Below, piece by piece: positions 1-10,498 of a DNA stretch of 28,488 nt. Numbering within the stretch: the first letter of the stretch is position 1; the number at the start of each line of letters is the position of its first letter. The stretch lies in IMG/VR virus record IMGVR_UViG_3300022821_000085, positions 1 through 28,488 of that record; one strand, given 5' to 3'. The DNA comes from a virus (taxonomy: Duplodnaviria; Caudoviricetes). The position numbers and the translations under genes are program-made. A model generated the notes under the pieces. It was not told the origin of the DNA. It saw only the letters and a program-made list of their open reading frames with translations, and made no database searches.

Positions 1-3
1 AAA

Positions 4-162
4 TTACTTCTTCTTTTCTTCCTTTGGAGCTTCCTCTTTCTTTAAAGCTTCAGATAATTTTACTTGTAGTTGAGCTACTGCCATTGCTTCTTTTCCAGAG
101 ATTTGAACCTTCTCTGACATAACAAGAATGTTTTGAGCGTCTTCACGTGTAATTTCTATCAT
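4..162 (-). CDS. small hypothetical protein (52 aa, MIEITREDAQ...KEEKKK)
   Basis: Read manually: ATG at 162, TAA at 4-6; below the ORF-track cutoff; co-directional with neighbours. Confidence 0.65.
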   Translation of the reverse strand: MIEITREDAQNILVMSEKVQISGKEAMAVAQLQVKLSEALKKEEAPKEEKKK

Positions 163-185
163 TGTTTTATATTAGTTATTAACTC

Positions 186-608
186 CTATATTTTACCATA
201 ACTAAAGATTCCTCCAAAGTGAACACCATTAGTAAATAGCCAATTTCTTACAGGTTTGATTCTTTTAACTTCTTTTTGGTATTGCAACATCTGATATTTC
301 ATTTCTTTGGTTGTAAATTTTCTAGTAACATATATAGGTTCTAGTTTTTTATCACTAACATAATTTCTATAATTAGATAAAAAATCGTGGATTATAAATG
401 CTTCTAAATCATCTCCTATATGGTCGAATGTTTTTAAGTAAACTCCAAGAACTTTAAAAGGTTTAGGTAAAGAAGCAAAGTCTGTTGGATAACCTTTTTT
501 GATTAACATGTTATCGCCATTAGATAGAGTAAAATTAATATCCTTTACCAGTTTAAAGGGTTTATTCTTTATACCTGAATATGTAAGTATTGCTCTTGGT
601 AGTTTCAT
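186..608 (-). CDS. DUF1353-like phage protein
   Basis: Motifs GYPTDFASLP and AFIIHDFL match the DUF1353 pattern (TDxASIP...AxxxHDxL); located near tail/lysis genes. Confidence 0.7.
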   Translation of the reverse strand: MKLPRAILTYSGIKNKPFKLVKDINFTLSNGDNMLIKKGYPTDFASLPKPFKVLGVYLKTFDHIGDDLEAFIIHDFLSNYRNYVSDKKLEPIYVTRKFTTKEMKYQMLQYQKEVKRIKPVRNWLFTNGVHFGGIFSYGKI

Positions 609-826
609 TATATTCTATCTTTAATAAATATTAGTGATGTTTCAATAGAAGCTAGTCTTGTTTGTATGTCTACTAAAACCAATTGGCTACTATTTTGTTT
701 TTCTTTAAGTTCTGAAATATTGTCTGTATTTACTTGTATTTGAGTTCCAAATGTTACCCACTGAACTACGAGTTGAATAACAAATATGTATATAAACCAA
801 TTCTTTTTTAAGTGTGGTAAGTCCAT
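608..826 (-). CDS. small membrane protein (holin-like/XhlA-like; one TM plus coiled coil)
   Basis: N-terminal hydrophobic stretch WFIYIFVIQLVVQWVTF followed by a heptad-like segment; downstream of the tail fibre gene. Confidence 0.5.
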   Translation of the reverse strand: MDLPHLKKNWFIYIFVIQLVVQWVTFGTQIQVNTDNISELKEKQNSSQLVLVDIQTRLASIETSLIFIKDRI

Positions 827-827
827 G

Positions 828-941
828 TTAATCTTTTAAATTTCTGAATTTAAGTCTTCTCTCTAATCTATTAGATTTATTGATAATAGTTGCTACTACA
901 TCTTTAACTATTTCTTCTTGTGTTTTCTCTATTGTTGGCAT
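828..941 (-). CDS. small hypothetical protein (37 aa, MPTIEKTQEE...)
   Basis: ATG at 941, TAA at 828-830; fills the gap between 826 and 957. Confidence 0.5.
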   Translation of the reverse strand: MPTIEKTQEEIVKDVVATIINKSNRLERRLKFRNLKD

Positions 942-956
942 GTTTTTTGTTAATTA

Positions 957-2927
957 TTACCACGTTGCGATTGCTGTTCTTTTCCAAGTGTCTGTAGCTG
1001 TGCAAACATATACATAACTTGAATCCCATCTAATCTCTCCCTTTGCACCAGTTGCAGAAGCAGAAGCAGGTGTTGAATCATTTCTAACTCTTATTGCATC
1101 TGAATTTATATCTAATGCTTCTGTTGGGGCTGTTGTTCTAATACCAATATCACCATTGGCATCAATTTGTAATAAGGTATCAGAGCCATTTGCAAATGTG
1201 TATAAAGTTCTATTTACCACAGCCCCATCTAAATTATTATTAGGGTCAGCAGCATTATCTGTATTAAATACTTCAAAATGAACAATTCCAAATCTGTTTA
1301 TATTAGTTATATCTTGACTCGTAGGAATAAGCCCTCTAAAGTTTAGAGAATAAATATACCCTGAACCATAATTACTATCTTTATATCCTATAAATGTTGG
1401 TGCAAAGTTGGCAGCAGTAGAAGTTCCATTACCAACACCAAAGAAGTCGTTACCAGCATCTGAAACATTAGCTTTTAGTAAAGTTTCTCTACCAGAAATA
1501 CCTGTGGCTTGTAAGTGGAGTAATTCGTCTGGTGTATCTGTTCCTATACCTACGTTACCATCTTGGCTTAATCTCATTTTTTCTGACCAATCACCTTCTC
1601 CTGTATCTCTTGTAAAGAATCTCAAAAAACCTTCGTCTTTGTTTGTTGTATCATCCCCTGAGGCAAATACTACTCCATTGACTCTGTTTCCATTCCAATA
1701 CCCCGTAAAACCTCCTAGTCCTGAACCAGTAGATGTTCGGTTTGAATCGAAATTAATAGTTGTTGAAGAGTTATGTGTATTCTTTAGAGTCATTCTTGCT
1801 CCGTATCCGCTCGATGCTTCCAGATGTAGCATTTCATCTGGTGCTGTTGTCCCTATACCTACATTACCAGTAGATTCATCTAAATATAAAATTGTTGCAT
1901 TAGAACTATCTTCAAACTCTACATCTACACCTGATGTCATTGTATATAAAGATTTTGCTGTATTGTCTGACAATAGTGAAATACCAGCTAGAGTTTGAAC
2001 CTCTGTTGTTAAATATGTATTTGAATCAACACTTCCATCTGCTTTTAGAAACTGTGATGAAGTTCCTCCTGTCTTTGTGAAAGATAATGCTTCTATGTTG
2101 TTGGTAGTGATTGAACCATTGTCTGTAACTTCTTGTAGAGTATCTTGTGTTGCTAGTTGGTCTGAAATGTATGTTGTGAGGTCTGTTTGGTCTGTTAGAG
2201 TTCCATTGATATTTCCCCAGTTAATAGTAGTTAGTTCGGTAGGGTCTACTGTGATGTCAACCTGATTTCCATTCAAAGCAACGTCTAATCCCGTACTGAA
2301 GTTTAGTCTTTTTGATAATCCTTTCTTTACGCCGTCCTCTAATATCTCAATATTTCCAGATGGTGTATATGTAGGGAAAGGTCTTCTTGCCATTTCAGAT
2401 ACTTCTTTGTAATCACCAAGACCACGAATTGAATTAATATCTAGTCTTTCATCTCCATTAAGTATTTCTAAACTGTCTCTTACTTTTTCTCCAAGAACAG
2501 GAATGTTTTTAGCAATACTCTCTGATGTAGGTATAAGCGTTTTTAATGTAACCTCAGCTAATTTAGATGCCTTTAAGGCTACTTTGTCTGTATCGAAAAC
2601 CTCTCTGATTGTCTCTGTATTGTTTATAACCTTTTCTGCAACAGGAACTTTAATAGCCTTGACAATCTCCTTTTTGTCTTGTGAAGTTAGAACATAGTCT
2701 GCTCCGTTCTTTACAACAGGAATAAGAGGCTTAATAAGTTTAATTATTTCCTCTTTAGTTGGTGTCTCTCCTTTATCTCCTTTTACTCTCTTTAATATGT
2801 TTTTAAGCTCTGGGATTTCCTCGTCAATCTTTTCTTCGATATCTAATAGGTATTTAAATAAAGCTAATTCTCCGTCTTGAGCTAGTTGAGATATTCGTTC
2901 TATTTTTTTACGTTTTTTTTCGTCCAT
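957..2927 (-). CDS. tail fibre / receptor-binding protein
   Basis: GNVGIGT twice plus GDIGIRT (fibre repeats), short collagen-like KGDKGE, C-terminal GAKGEIRWDSSYVYVCTATDTWKR motif typical of fibre ends. Confidence 0.7.
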   Translation of the reverse strand: MDEKKRKKIERISQLAQDGELALFKYLLDIEEKIDEEIPELKNILKRVKGDKGETPTKEEIIKLIKPLIPVVKNGADYVLTSQDKKEIVKAIKVPVAEKVINNTETIREVFDTDKVALKASKLAEVTLKTLIPTSESIAKNIPVLGEKVRDSLEILNGDERLDINSIRGLGDYKEVSEMARRPFPTYTPSGNIEILEDGVKKGLSKRLNFSTGLDVALNGNQVDITVDPTELTTINWGNINGTLTDQTDLTTYISDQLATQDTLQEVTDNGSITTNNIEALSFTKTGGTSSQFLKADGSVDSNTYLTTEVQTLAGISLLSDNTAKSLYTMTSGVDVEFEDSSNATILYLDESTGNVGIGTTAPDEMLHLEASSGYGARMTLKNTHNSSTTINFDSNRTSTGSGLGGFTGYWNGNRVNGVVFASGDDTTNKDEGFLRFFTRDTGEGDWSEKMRLSQDGNVGIGTDTPDELLHLQATGISGRETLLKANVSDAGNDFFGVGNGTSTAANFAPTFIGYKDSNYGSGYIYSLNFRGLIPTSQDITNINRFGIVHFEVFNTDNAADPNNNLDGAVVNRTLYTFANGSDTLLQIDANGDIGIRTTAPTEALDINSDAIRVRNDSTPASASATGAKGEIRWDSSYVYVCTATDTWKRTAIATW

Positions 2928-2985
2928 ATTGTTTAATTATACCATTTATGCTTTACAAATGTTAGGGAGGTGGTAGAGTTTAGGC

Positions 2986-3096
2986 ATGAGTATATTAATC
3001 TTTATTATTGGTTGTGCTGTCTTTGGCTGGAACATGTTGTGGATATGTCCACTTATAATGTTCTTCAAGGGTTTTGTTGAATATCTAGTAGAGTAG
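2986..3096 (+). CDS. small hydrophobic membrane peptide (36 aa), moron-like
   Basis: MSILIFIIGCAVFGWNMLWICPLIMFFKGFVEYLVE; candidate promoter TTTACA (2952-2957)-16 nt-TAGAGT (2974-2979) with upstream TG; stop abuts the convergent stop at 3097. Confidence 0.55.
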   Translation: MSILIFIIGCAVFGWNMLWICPLIMFFKGFVEYLVE

Positions 3097-4575
3097 TTAT
3101 TTAGCCGATTCTAATATTTTAACTATTTCATCATCGGTTTTACCTTTTAATGCTTTATTAATTAATTTAAGGTTGTCGGCTAGTCGTTTTTCTAAATCAA
3201 GTGCATTAAATACTTTGTTACCAACTCCTCTTGGCAGTATTCCTCCTATTACACCTCTAACAGCTCCACCAGTTACAACGTCTGCTGTTTTTGATACAAC
3301 ATACCCAAGTTTTTCTAGTAGCCCTCTGTCTGATATTTTTTGTTGTAGTTTATTAACAGCCTCAATGTTTTTTTGAACAAGTTTGCTTGTGTTAAACATA
3401 GAACTAATTACAGAGTCTATTTCTTGTGCTTCTTTACTTCCTATACCTTTTCTTGCAACACTCTTTAATCCTTTTCTGGTGTTCTCAAATAGTTGTGCGT
3501 TTACACTTGTTAATGGGTCACCTAATTTACTGAAAGCTTTACTTCCAAACTCTTGACCATACTCTCTGGCAATATTATTTACTTCTAGTTTAGTAAGACC
3601 TGTTTTTTTAGCCTTACTTACTAAGTCTTTAATGTTTTGTGCTTTAGCACCATCACCAATCTTTGCATATAATTCTGCAAGGTCAGTTAATGCTCTATTA
3701 ACATAATTAGTTTTAATAACTTTACCAGAAGTTGATTTTGTTTCTGTTGTTAGTTTATTAAGTTTAGTTGGTGTTACATCTTGTCCAAGAACCTTATCAA
3801 CACCTTTAGATAGTGAGCTAATTCTTGTTTGAAGTGCCTTACCTAAATCATCGTATGTTTTTACACTTGTTGTATCTAAATTAGATAATGCTTTAACTCC
3901 TTTTTCAACATCTTTTGATTTACCTTGTATAATCTCTCCAACAACATCTGTTACTTTCTTTTTGGGTTTAATTAAATTCTTTCCTACTGGAACTACTGTA
4001 TCAATAGTTTCTTTTGCTATTTTAACTCCCTTTGTTGCTATATCTGTTGCAACGTCTAATCCTTGTTTACTTATTTGAGCTAATGGTTGTTTCAAAGCTG
4101 TTGCACCTTTAAGACCCACAATGTCTAGCATTGCTTCTAAAAATTCTCCTGATGTTCTAAGGTCTTGTTTTCTATCTTCTGGTAAAAGACCATAACTGTT
4201 TACAAGTGATTGAACTGACTCTGTATTAAATAGTTTTTCTGCTCCAACCTGTGCAACCTCTGCTACCTTGTCCTCTGCTGATTGTGGTAGGGCTACTTTA
4301 CCTACTCCTACAGTTACATCTCCTATAGCACCACTAACACCTCCCACAACAGAACTGGCAATATCAAAACCAGCTTTAACAGGGTTTCTTTCTCCAGATT
4401 GAGACTTTTGAAAATCGCTTACAACTTCTTCTCCAGCTTCTTTAAATGAACCTACTACAGATTTTCCAGTTTCTACAACATCACCCAGAGTTTCTTTAAT
4501 AAAACCTTCTTTCTTAGGTTCTAGAACATTGCTTCCATATTGTTCTTCAAATTGTTTTTTTGTTATTGTTGCCAT
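3097..4575 (-). CDS. probable internal virion / DNA ejection protein
   Basis: 492 aa, Ala/Gly/Lys-rich and helical-looking; position after tail genes matches podovirus ejection proteins (inference from synteny). Confidence 0.5.
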   Translation of the reverse strand: MATITKKQFEEQYGSNVLEPKKEGFIKETLGDVVETGKSVVGSFKEAGEEVVSDFQKSQSGERNPVKAGFDIASSVVGGVSGAIGDVTVGVGKVALPQSAEDKVAEVAQVGAEKLFNTESVQSLVNSYGLLPEDRKQDLRTSGEFLEAMLDIVGLKGATALKQPLAQISKQGLDVATDIATKGVKIAKETIDTVVPVGKNLIKPKKKVTDVVGEIIQGKSKDVEKGVKALSNLDTTSVKTYDDLGKALQTRISSLSKGVDKVLGQDVTPTKLNKLTTETKSTSGKVIKTNYVNRALTDLAELYAKIGDGAKAQNIKDLVSKAKKTGLTKLEVNNIAREYGQEFGSKAFSKLGDPLTSVNAQLFENTRKGLKSVARKGIGSKEAQEIDSVISSMFNTSKLVQKNIEAVNKLQQKISDRGLLEKLGYVVSKTADVVTGGAVRGVIGGILPRGVGNKVFNALDLEKRLADNLKLINKALKGKTDDEIVKILESAK

Positions 4576-4576
4576 A

Positions 4577-6013
4577 TTAGTCTAGTATTCGCTCTAATTG
4601 CGTTAATGTTTCGTCTGCATTTTCATACCAAATATTACCATCATCTGTTGTAATTAAGCCAATATCTTCTGGTAGTCCTCCCCTAATGATATAGTCCATA
4701 CTTGCAAACCTGTTAATCTTATCTAGTTCTGCTTGGAATTTAGCAGGGCTAGTTTGATATCCTTCTGTTTTCTTTCCTATTAGTTTTTCTTCTTTCCAGT
4801 TTTCTATTTGAGTAGCAGATGCACCAAGTATCTTCCATTCTGCATTAGATAATGCACCAAAAGTTGCTCCTTGTGCTTTTGCGTTTTGTAACTCTGTTAA
4901 GGACAGACTTGATACAAGTTGTTCAACACTAGCAACGAAGTCTGATTTACCTGCTGTAAATACACTGGCAGGAGATAGCCTTGCCGCTCTGTTTGTTCCT
5001 ACCGCATTGTTTAGATAACTATTGTTAATCAAGCTGTCAACCTGCAGTATTTTTTCTTCTTTTTGTAATTTACCTAATGGTGTTAGGCTATCGCTTGAAG
5101 ATGATACTGGTGCGGGCTCAAACTGTCCTGTTTCTGAATTAAATACTGAATCTACACCATTAACTTTTACAATCTTTGGAGTTTCACCTCCTCCACTCAT
5201 AGCGTCTATACTTGCTTTGTAATCAACCAATTCTTTCTGTTGCTCAAAATCTGTTTCATCTTGTTGTATTTTAAAGTTTTGGTCTAATGTTAGTTTTTCA
5301 CTTGCTGTTAAATCATTCTGTAGAGCATCTCTTGTAGCGTTATATACTTGGAATTGGTAATCCCTAAAATCTTTCATGTCAGCTACTCTTGCATCATATG
5401 TTTCTCTGGCTCCAGTTAAATCATCATTTGCAATTTTATATTGAAAAGAAAGATTTGCTAATTCTTTATTAGCTTCTTGTGATAATTGATTTATTCTTCC
5501 TGCTAAAGCACCACCAAAATTTCCTTGTGCGTTTTTTTCTAATTCTGCAATTTGGTCTTCGTATCTTGTTTTAACACTAATAATTTTATTATCTAAATCA
5601 ATAGCTTTTTTACGTTTTTCATCAAGTCGAAGTTCTTCTCTAACTGCTTGAGTATTAATTTGTCCACCCTCTCCCAATTGGTCTTGTAAAAATTGTTGTG
5701 TTTTGTCTTGTAAAGAAGTAACGGGTGCCTTTGGAGGTATCGCCTGAGCCTCTGAGATGTTTGTAGCGGCGTTTATTCTTGTATTAGTAGGGTTTGGTGG
5801 TAAAGCAGTTGGATTAACTACTGGAGTCGGTTTTAAATTATTTGAATTAATAGTAGTTACACCGGCAGCTAAGTTACCTCCAACTGAACTAGCTGTTTCT
5901 GATTGACGTGAAATTTTGTCTTGTGCAGCAGATACAACAATATCTCTAGCCTCTTTGTTTCCTGCTAGTGCTGTTCCTATATTTGTTACTTGTTCTCTCG
6001 TTAGTGGTGCCAT
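4577..6013 (-). CDS. probable internal virion / DNA ejection protein
   Basis: 478 aa, low-complexity N-terminus, Q/A-rich coiled coils, GALSNAE motif; synteny. Confidence 0.5.
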   Translation of the reverse strand: MAPLTREQVTNIGTALAGNKEARDIVVSAAQDKISRQSETASSVGGNLAAGVTTINSNNLKPTPVVNPTALPPNPTNTRINAATNISEAQAIPPKAPVTSLQDKTQQFLQDQLGEGGQINTQAVREELRLDEKRKKAIDLDNKIISVKTRYEDQIAELEKNAQGNFGGALAGRINQLSQEANKELANLSFQYKIANDDLTGARETYDARVADMKDFRDYQFQVYNATRDALQNDLTASEKLTLDQNFKIQQDETDFEQQKELVDYKASIDAMSGGGETPKIVKVNGVDSVFNSETGQFEPAPVSSSSDSLTPLGKLQKEEKILQVDSLINNSYLNNAVGTNRAARLSPASVFTAGKSDFVASVEQLVSSLSLTELQNAKAQGATFGALSNAEWKILGASATQIENWKEEKLIGKKTEGYQTSPAKFQAELDKINRFASMDYIIRGGLPEDIGLITTDDGNIWYENADETLTQLERILD

Positions 6014-6034
6014 ATATTATACTTATTATACCAT

Positions 6035-8140
6035 TTATTTACCAGCCCGTAGTTGAACATCATTATCAACCATTAATTCTTCTTCTTGTATTGATATTCC
6101 CCTAAACTCTGTTTTTATCTGCAACCATTTAGCTTTAACATTAAGTTCTGCAAATTGTTCATAACCAAGGTCATTGTTTGGTGAGTCTTTTGTAATTACT
6201 CCTAATTTAATCCAATTAGAAAAAGTTGCTACTACCCTGTCATCTGCCACTACATTTTTAACCGTTTCGTCTATTGTTACTGTATAAGTCCCTGATGATT
6301 CAGTTATAGCTGTAATATGTGCAAGATAACCTGCTCCAACCCCTGCCACAAATTCTACCTCGTTGCCTATTACCACATCTGACAAATCTTGTGTTGTTGT
6401 AAATGAAGTTGTATTTACCCATGTTGCTGGTGCTTGTAATCTTTCAACCCAATTAGGAAGTGTGTTTTCTTCTGTTCTGTATTTAACAATTATTTTATCT
6501 TCTTCATAGACTAACTTTTTGAACTTTTTAATTACAGATTTAAAATTGTCTATTAAGTTTTGTGATTCCATTCTAGGAGTAATCCAATACCCTCTGTTTT
6601 CTTGATTTGTTTGTGTGGCAAATAATCCATTTCTATTAAGAGATGTTGACGTTCCTGCTTGTATATTACCACCTATAAGCAGTTCATTTATAGTTGACGG
6701 GGAAACTTGTTTTAATGTGTCTAAATCTCTAACTAAGAAAAGACCTCCATAAAAGTTATAAGTTCCACCATAATCTAAATCTTTATTAAAAGTTATAAAC
6801 TGTAAATCATTTCCTGTGCCTGTTAAATCTATTGCTGTTCCTGCTATTGCATTTGAATAACTATCTGCAAGTTTTAAAGTTGTATCACTCTGATAAATTA
6901 CAAAGTATCTTTTAGAATTGTCAAGACCTGCTATTTTAGTTGCACTATCAGAACCTGAAAAATAAAAACATTGTGTTCCTGTTGCTGGAACTGTTTGACC
7001 AGCTACTGTAATAATGTCTGTTGATATGGCTACATTTCCAGTTGTAATTACATCTGTAGGTAATTGTTGTGATTCTCCAATTGTGTATTTAAGATGAAGT
7101 TTATTTGTTGGATTATAGCACCATACACCAGATGGCAAGTCTGTTGTCCAATAATCTTTGTTGTCTCCATCATTAGAATTTAATTGAATATTCATTGAAA
7201 TATAAATGTTTTCTCTGTCTACAACAAGACCTCTTGGCACTACGGCGCTAGAAGCTGGGTTACTACCAAGAAAATATTGTCTCTTTTCGTTTTTGGCTCT
7301 TGGAAATGAGTCTAGTTTTTGCAACCCACCTGAACAATAAAACAAGTCTCCATTAGTGTCTAAAAACGCAACACCATTTTTATATTTGTCTAACGAAAAT
7401 ACACCTTTAGCGTTTACTGTATATCCAACATTAGCTTCATCTGAAATACCGTCCCATTCAAAAAGAATACAATAATCATCTTTATTAGATACAGTTGCAA
7501 TATAAAGTCTGTTATTAGAATAAGCCATAGAAGTAATTGTATATTCTTCTGGTAAAGTAAGTGTTTTAATAGGTGTAACACTTCCTGTGTATAATTCTAT
7601 TAATCTGACAATGTTGTCTGCTGAATATGCTAAAGCACTCAAGTTATCAAATTGACACAAAAAATTTGCATTTCCTGTAATGTCTATTTCTGTCCAAGCA
7701 CTTGCACCTCTTACAAACAAATCAGAAGTTCCATTACAAACAATCATCTGGTCTGATGTTGATGCACCCACTCTAAACCTTGTATAAAACATGTCGTTTT
7801 TACCACCTGCACTTAATGTTGGAACATCAGTAGCATTATCAACTTCCCAATTTAAAACGTCGTCACTGTAAGATACAACATTTGTTGTTCTATATATTTT
7901 TTCATTTGAAAGCATATAAAATCTTGAATTGTCTTGTGTTGCTGCTAAAACAGGAGCTTCAGTTGAACCGTCAATTAAATCTGAAAGATTTGAACTGTCT
8001 CCAATACTTCTTGTTCTGTCTGATAAAGAAATATACCCATCATTATCAAAAGTTATGTTTTTAGTAATATGAACATTTCCTTTTCTGTCTGAAGAATTGT
8101 TTTGTTGGTATTCTTTTGTTTCTAATGGTATTTTAAACAT
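6035..8140 (-). CDS. tail nozzle / tail tubular B-like (P22 gp10-like) protein
   Basis: 701 aa beta-rich, propeller-like sequence located between adaptor/tail genes and ejection genes. Confidence 0.55.
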   Translation of the reverse strand: MFKIPLETKEYQQNNSSDRKGNVHITKNITFDNDGYISLSDRTRSIGDSSNLSDLIDGSTEAPVLAATQDNSRFYMLSNEKIYRTTNVVSYSDDVLNWEVDNATDVPTLSAGGKNDMFYTRFRVGASTSDQMIVCNGTSDLFVRGASAWTEIDITGNANFLCQFDNLSALAYSADNIVRLIELYTGSVTPIKTLTLPEEYTITSMAYSNNRLYIATVSNKDDYCILFEWDGISDEANVGYTVNAKGVFSLDKYKNGVAFLDTNGDLFYCSGGLQKLDSFPRAKNEKRQYFLGSNPASSAVVPRGLVVDRENIYISMNIQLNSNDGDNKDYWTTDLPSGVWCYNPTNKLHLKYTIGESQQLPTDVITTGNVAISTDIITVAGQTVPATGTQCFYFSGSDSATKIAGLDNSKRYFVIYQSDTTLKLADSYSNAIAGTAIDLTGTGNDLQFITFNKDLDYGGTYNFYGGLFLVRDLDTLKQVSPSTINELLIGGNIQAGTSTSLNRNGLFATQTNQENRGYWITPRMESQNLIDNFKSVIKKFKKLVYEEDKIIVKYRTEENTLPNWVERLQAPATWVNTTSFTTTQDLSDVVIGNEVEFVAGVGAGYLAHITAITESSGTYTVTIDETVKNVVADDRVVATFSNWIKLGVITKDSPNNDLGYEQFAELNVKAKWLQIKTEFRGISIQEEELMVDNDVQLRAGK

Positions 8141-8141
8141 A

Positions 8142-8639
8142 TTATCCTGTAATTAAAACATAATTGTCACCTCCTCCTGTTGAAGTAATGTCTACCGCTG
8201 TACCTCCTTGTGATAAAGCTAATTTAAACGTGTTTGCCGTTGCATCTATAATAAAATACTGAGCGTTGTTTCCAAGAGGTGCTGGGAACACACCTGTTGA
8301 AACCACAAACACTCCCAAGTCGTCTATCATTTGGTGATTAGGAGAAGTACAAACATCAGAAGTTGCTGCTGTAAATTTCAATAAGTATGGTTTTGGAGTA
8401 TAACCAATCAAACCTTCTGTATTTAAAAACTCCGCTATATAACTTTTAAATTCAAGACCTGACGGATTTGTGTAAGTTGTTAATCCAGTTTTAAACCTAA
8501 CAAAACCTTTATCTGAAAGAGTTTTTAAGAATTGTTCTGGCATTGTAGTCGGATTGGAAAAATCGTCAACCTTTTTAGTTAATGCTTCTATTTGTCTTTC
8601 TAAATTATCTATTTTTGTGTTGGAGTCTTCTGGTTGCAT
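8142..8639 (-). CDS. virion structural protein with C-terminal beta module
   Basis: N-terminal coiled coil; C-terminal YFIIDATANTFKLA...GTAVDITSTGGG resembles an internal segment of 6035..8140. Confidence 0.5.
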   Translation of the reverse strand: MQPEDSNTKIDNLERQIEALTKKVDDFSNPTTMPEQFLKTLSDKGFVRFKTGLTTYTNPSGLEFKSYIAEFLNTEGLIGYTPKPYLLKFTAATSDVCTSPNHQMIDDLGVFVVSTGVFPAPLGNNAQYFIIDATANTFKLALSQGGTAVDITSTGGGDNYVLITG

Positions 8640-8654
8640 ATATATATTATACCA

Positions 8655-9998
8655 TTAAGACTTAGGTGTATTAGTTATTACAGATACGGCAGTCTTTACA
8701 CCGTTAGTTACTGTTGCTACCGTTGATTTAGATATATTGCTCCATTTTTTTTGAACGTATGCTTTTATTTCTATTAACCCTAGACTTTCTGCGATGTTAA
8801 ATAGTCTGGTTCTTGTTGATGTAAATGTTTCAACTAAACCAAGAGTGTCTAAGATAGTAAATGAAATACCTTTAAGAGCTGATATTGTTTCTGATACAGA
8901 TAGTGATTCTGATGTAGTTGTAATAAGACCTCTTAGATTTGTTGATGTTTCTGAAAGAGAAAGTGTGTCTGTGATAGAGAATGTAATGCCTGGTGCTGTC
9001 GCTGTATAAAAAGTGCTAGGAGAGTTTTGGTTGTTGTATTCTGTTGTTATCCAATCGGCAGAGAGTGCAGAACCTATGATTTTTACTTCATCTATTTTAC
9101 CGTTTGTGTACGATATATCTTCTGGTAATGCCCCACCAATGGTTGTTGTGTTGCCCGATTTTGTTACATTTATATTATTAGAAGCAGATGTTCCGTCAAT
9201 GCTCGCATTTAAGTAAAACTTTGATACATTTGATTCTCTGACAAGTACTACATTGTACCAAGTATTAGTAGATATTGTTGAAGACCCATCTAGTGAGGTA
9301 GATTCTGGAGCAGTTTTATTTTGTTGGTAAATAAAATGATTTAATTGACCAGAAACAACTCCAGTATTATATTGAACATTATTCGGAGTTTGGTTAGTAG
9401 TGTACCAGTTTCTAAATAGACTTACCGAAGTAACATCTATAAGATTTATCCACATTGAAATAGAGAATGAGCCTGTGCCATAGGCGTTTAAATCTGCAAA
9501 AACACCTGATAAATATTCCTCATTCGCAGAAGCAAAACTAGCAGAAGTTCCAACTTTTCCTGTTGCACTCGTTACAGTGTTATTATCTGTGAAGTTATTT
9601 GAACCTGTCGCACTGTATCTCGTACCTGAACTTTCATTAGTATGCCATACACCATCATACCCACTCCACACATTATTCCTTCCATAAGTCGCACCTACTG
9701 CGTAATCACTTGATGAACCATCTGCATGTATCTGTATTTCTGTATCTACTGATGATGATAAAGTTCCTGTGTATTTAAAATGTAGTTCACCAGTTTCTCC
9801 AGAAGTATCACAACTAACAACTTCTCTTGCTAGTTCTGTTGTGCCATCTGATTTAAATATACGAATATCTCCACCACCATTAGCTACCGTAGACCAAAAA
9901 GTAGCGTTCATGTCAGATAAATCTACATAAACTGGAAAATCAGTTGCATTAGCAGCAACTTTAGTATTGTCTACGGTTAAATTTGCGACATGAGCCAT
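8655..9998 (-). CDS. DUF2341 + LamG/concanavalin A-like virion adhesin
   Basis: DFPVYVDL...GGDIRIF...LAREV (DUF2341-like); FSISMWIN, WYNVVLV, FYLN, GKIDEVKI...LSADWITTEYNN (LamG-like). Confidence 0.75.
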   Translation of the reverse strand: MAHVANLTVDNTKVAANATDFPVYVDLSDMNATFWSTVANGGGDIRIFKSDGTTELAREVVSCDTSGETGELHFKYTGTLSSSVDTEIQIHADGSSSDYAVGATYGRNNVWSGYDGVWHTNESSGTRYSATGSNNFTDNNTVTSATGKVGTSASFASANEEYLSGVFADLNAYGTGSFSISMWINLIDVTSVSLFRNWYTTNQTPNNVQYNTGVVSGQLNHFIYQQNKTAPESTSLDGSSTISTNTWYNVVLVRESNVSKFYLNASIDGTSASNNINVTKSGNTTTIGGALPEDISYTNGKIDEVKIIGSALSADWITTEYNNQNSPSTFYTATAPGITFSITDTLSLSETSTNLRGLITTTSESLSVSETISALKGISFTILDTLGLVETFTSTRTRLFNIAESLGLIEIKAYVQKKWSNISKSTVATVTNGVKTAVSVITNTPKS

Positions 9999-10009
9999 AC
10001 TATTTTAGG

Positions 10010-10477
10010 TTAAGCTACCTCTAATTGATAAGTTCCCGTCAAAGTTTCGCCCGTTGTAACTGCCTTAGTTCCAGTTAGTGCATGTGAAAGCATTGTTCCT
10101 GTTGATGCGTCATTGAATACTCCAACTTCTTCAACTGATACTGAACCTGTTGCTGTCCAAGTCTTTGTAATTTGGTATGTATCGTTAGTTCCTGTTGTTG
10201 TTATTCGTGAAACTGTTCCTGCTGCTCTTTCTAATCCATTTGTTGTAGTTTCTGCATTAAGAGTTGTATCTGAAATAGCTACTGCTGTTGATGAGGTTCC
10301 TACTGCAAGATATGTAAAGGGAACTGCTGTTGCGTCTCCTGCAAGTAATGCCAGTTGAGCAAAACCTACTGTTGTTACTAGGTTTTTAACTTCAAAAGTA
10401 TCACGAACATTTCCGTTCACGTCTTTTATTTCGAACTTATATGTTCCTACTAATCCTTTAAGTGTTTCTTTAATCAT
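10010..10477 (-). CDS. tail-associated structural protein
   Basis: NLVTTVG...YLAVGT...EVGVFN pattern common in phage tail/fibre-attachment domains. Confidence 0.55.
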   Translation of the reverse strand: MIKETLKGLVGTYKFEIKDVNGNVRDTFEVKNLVTTVGFAQLALLAGDATAVPFTYLAVGTSSTAVAISDTTLNAETTTNGLERAAGTVSRITTTGTNDTYQITKTWTATGSVSVEEVGVFNDASTGTMLSHALTGTKAVTTGETLTGTYQLEVA

Positions 10478-10498
10478 GTTTATTTTTAATGTTGTTAA

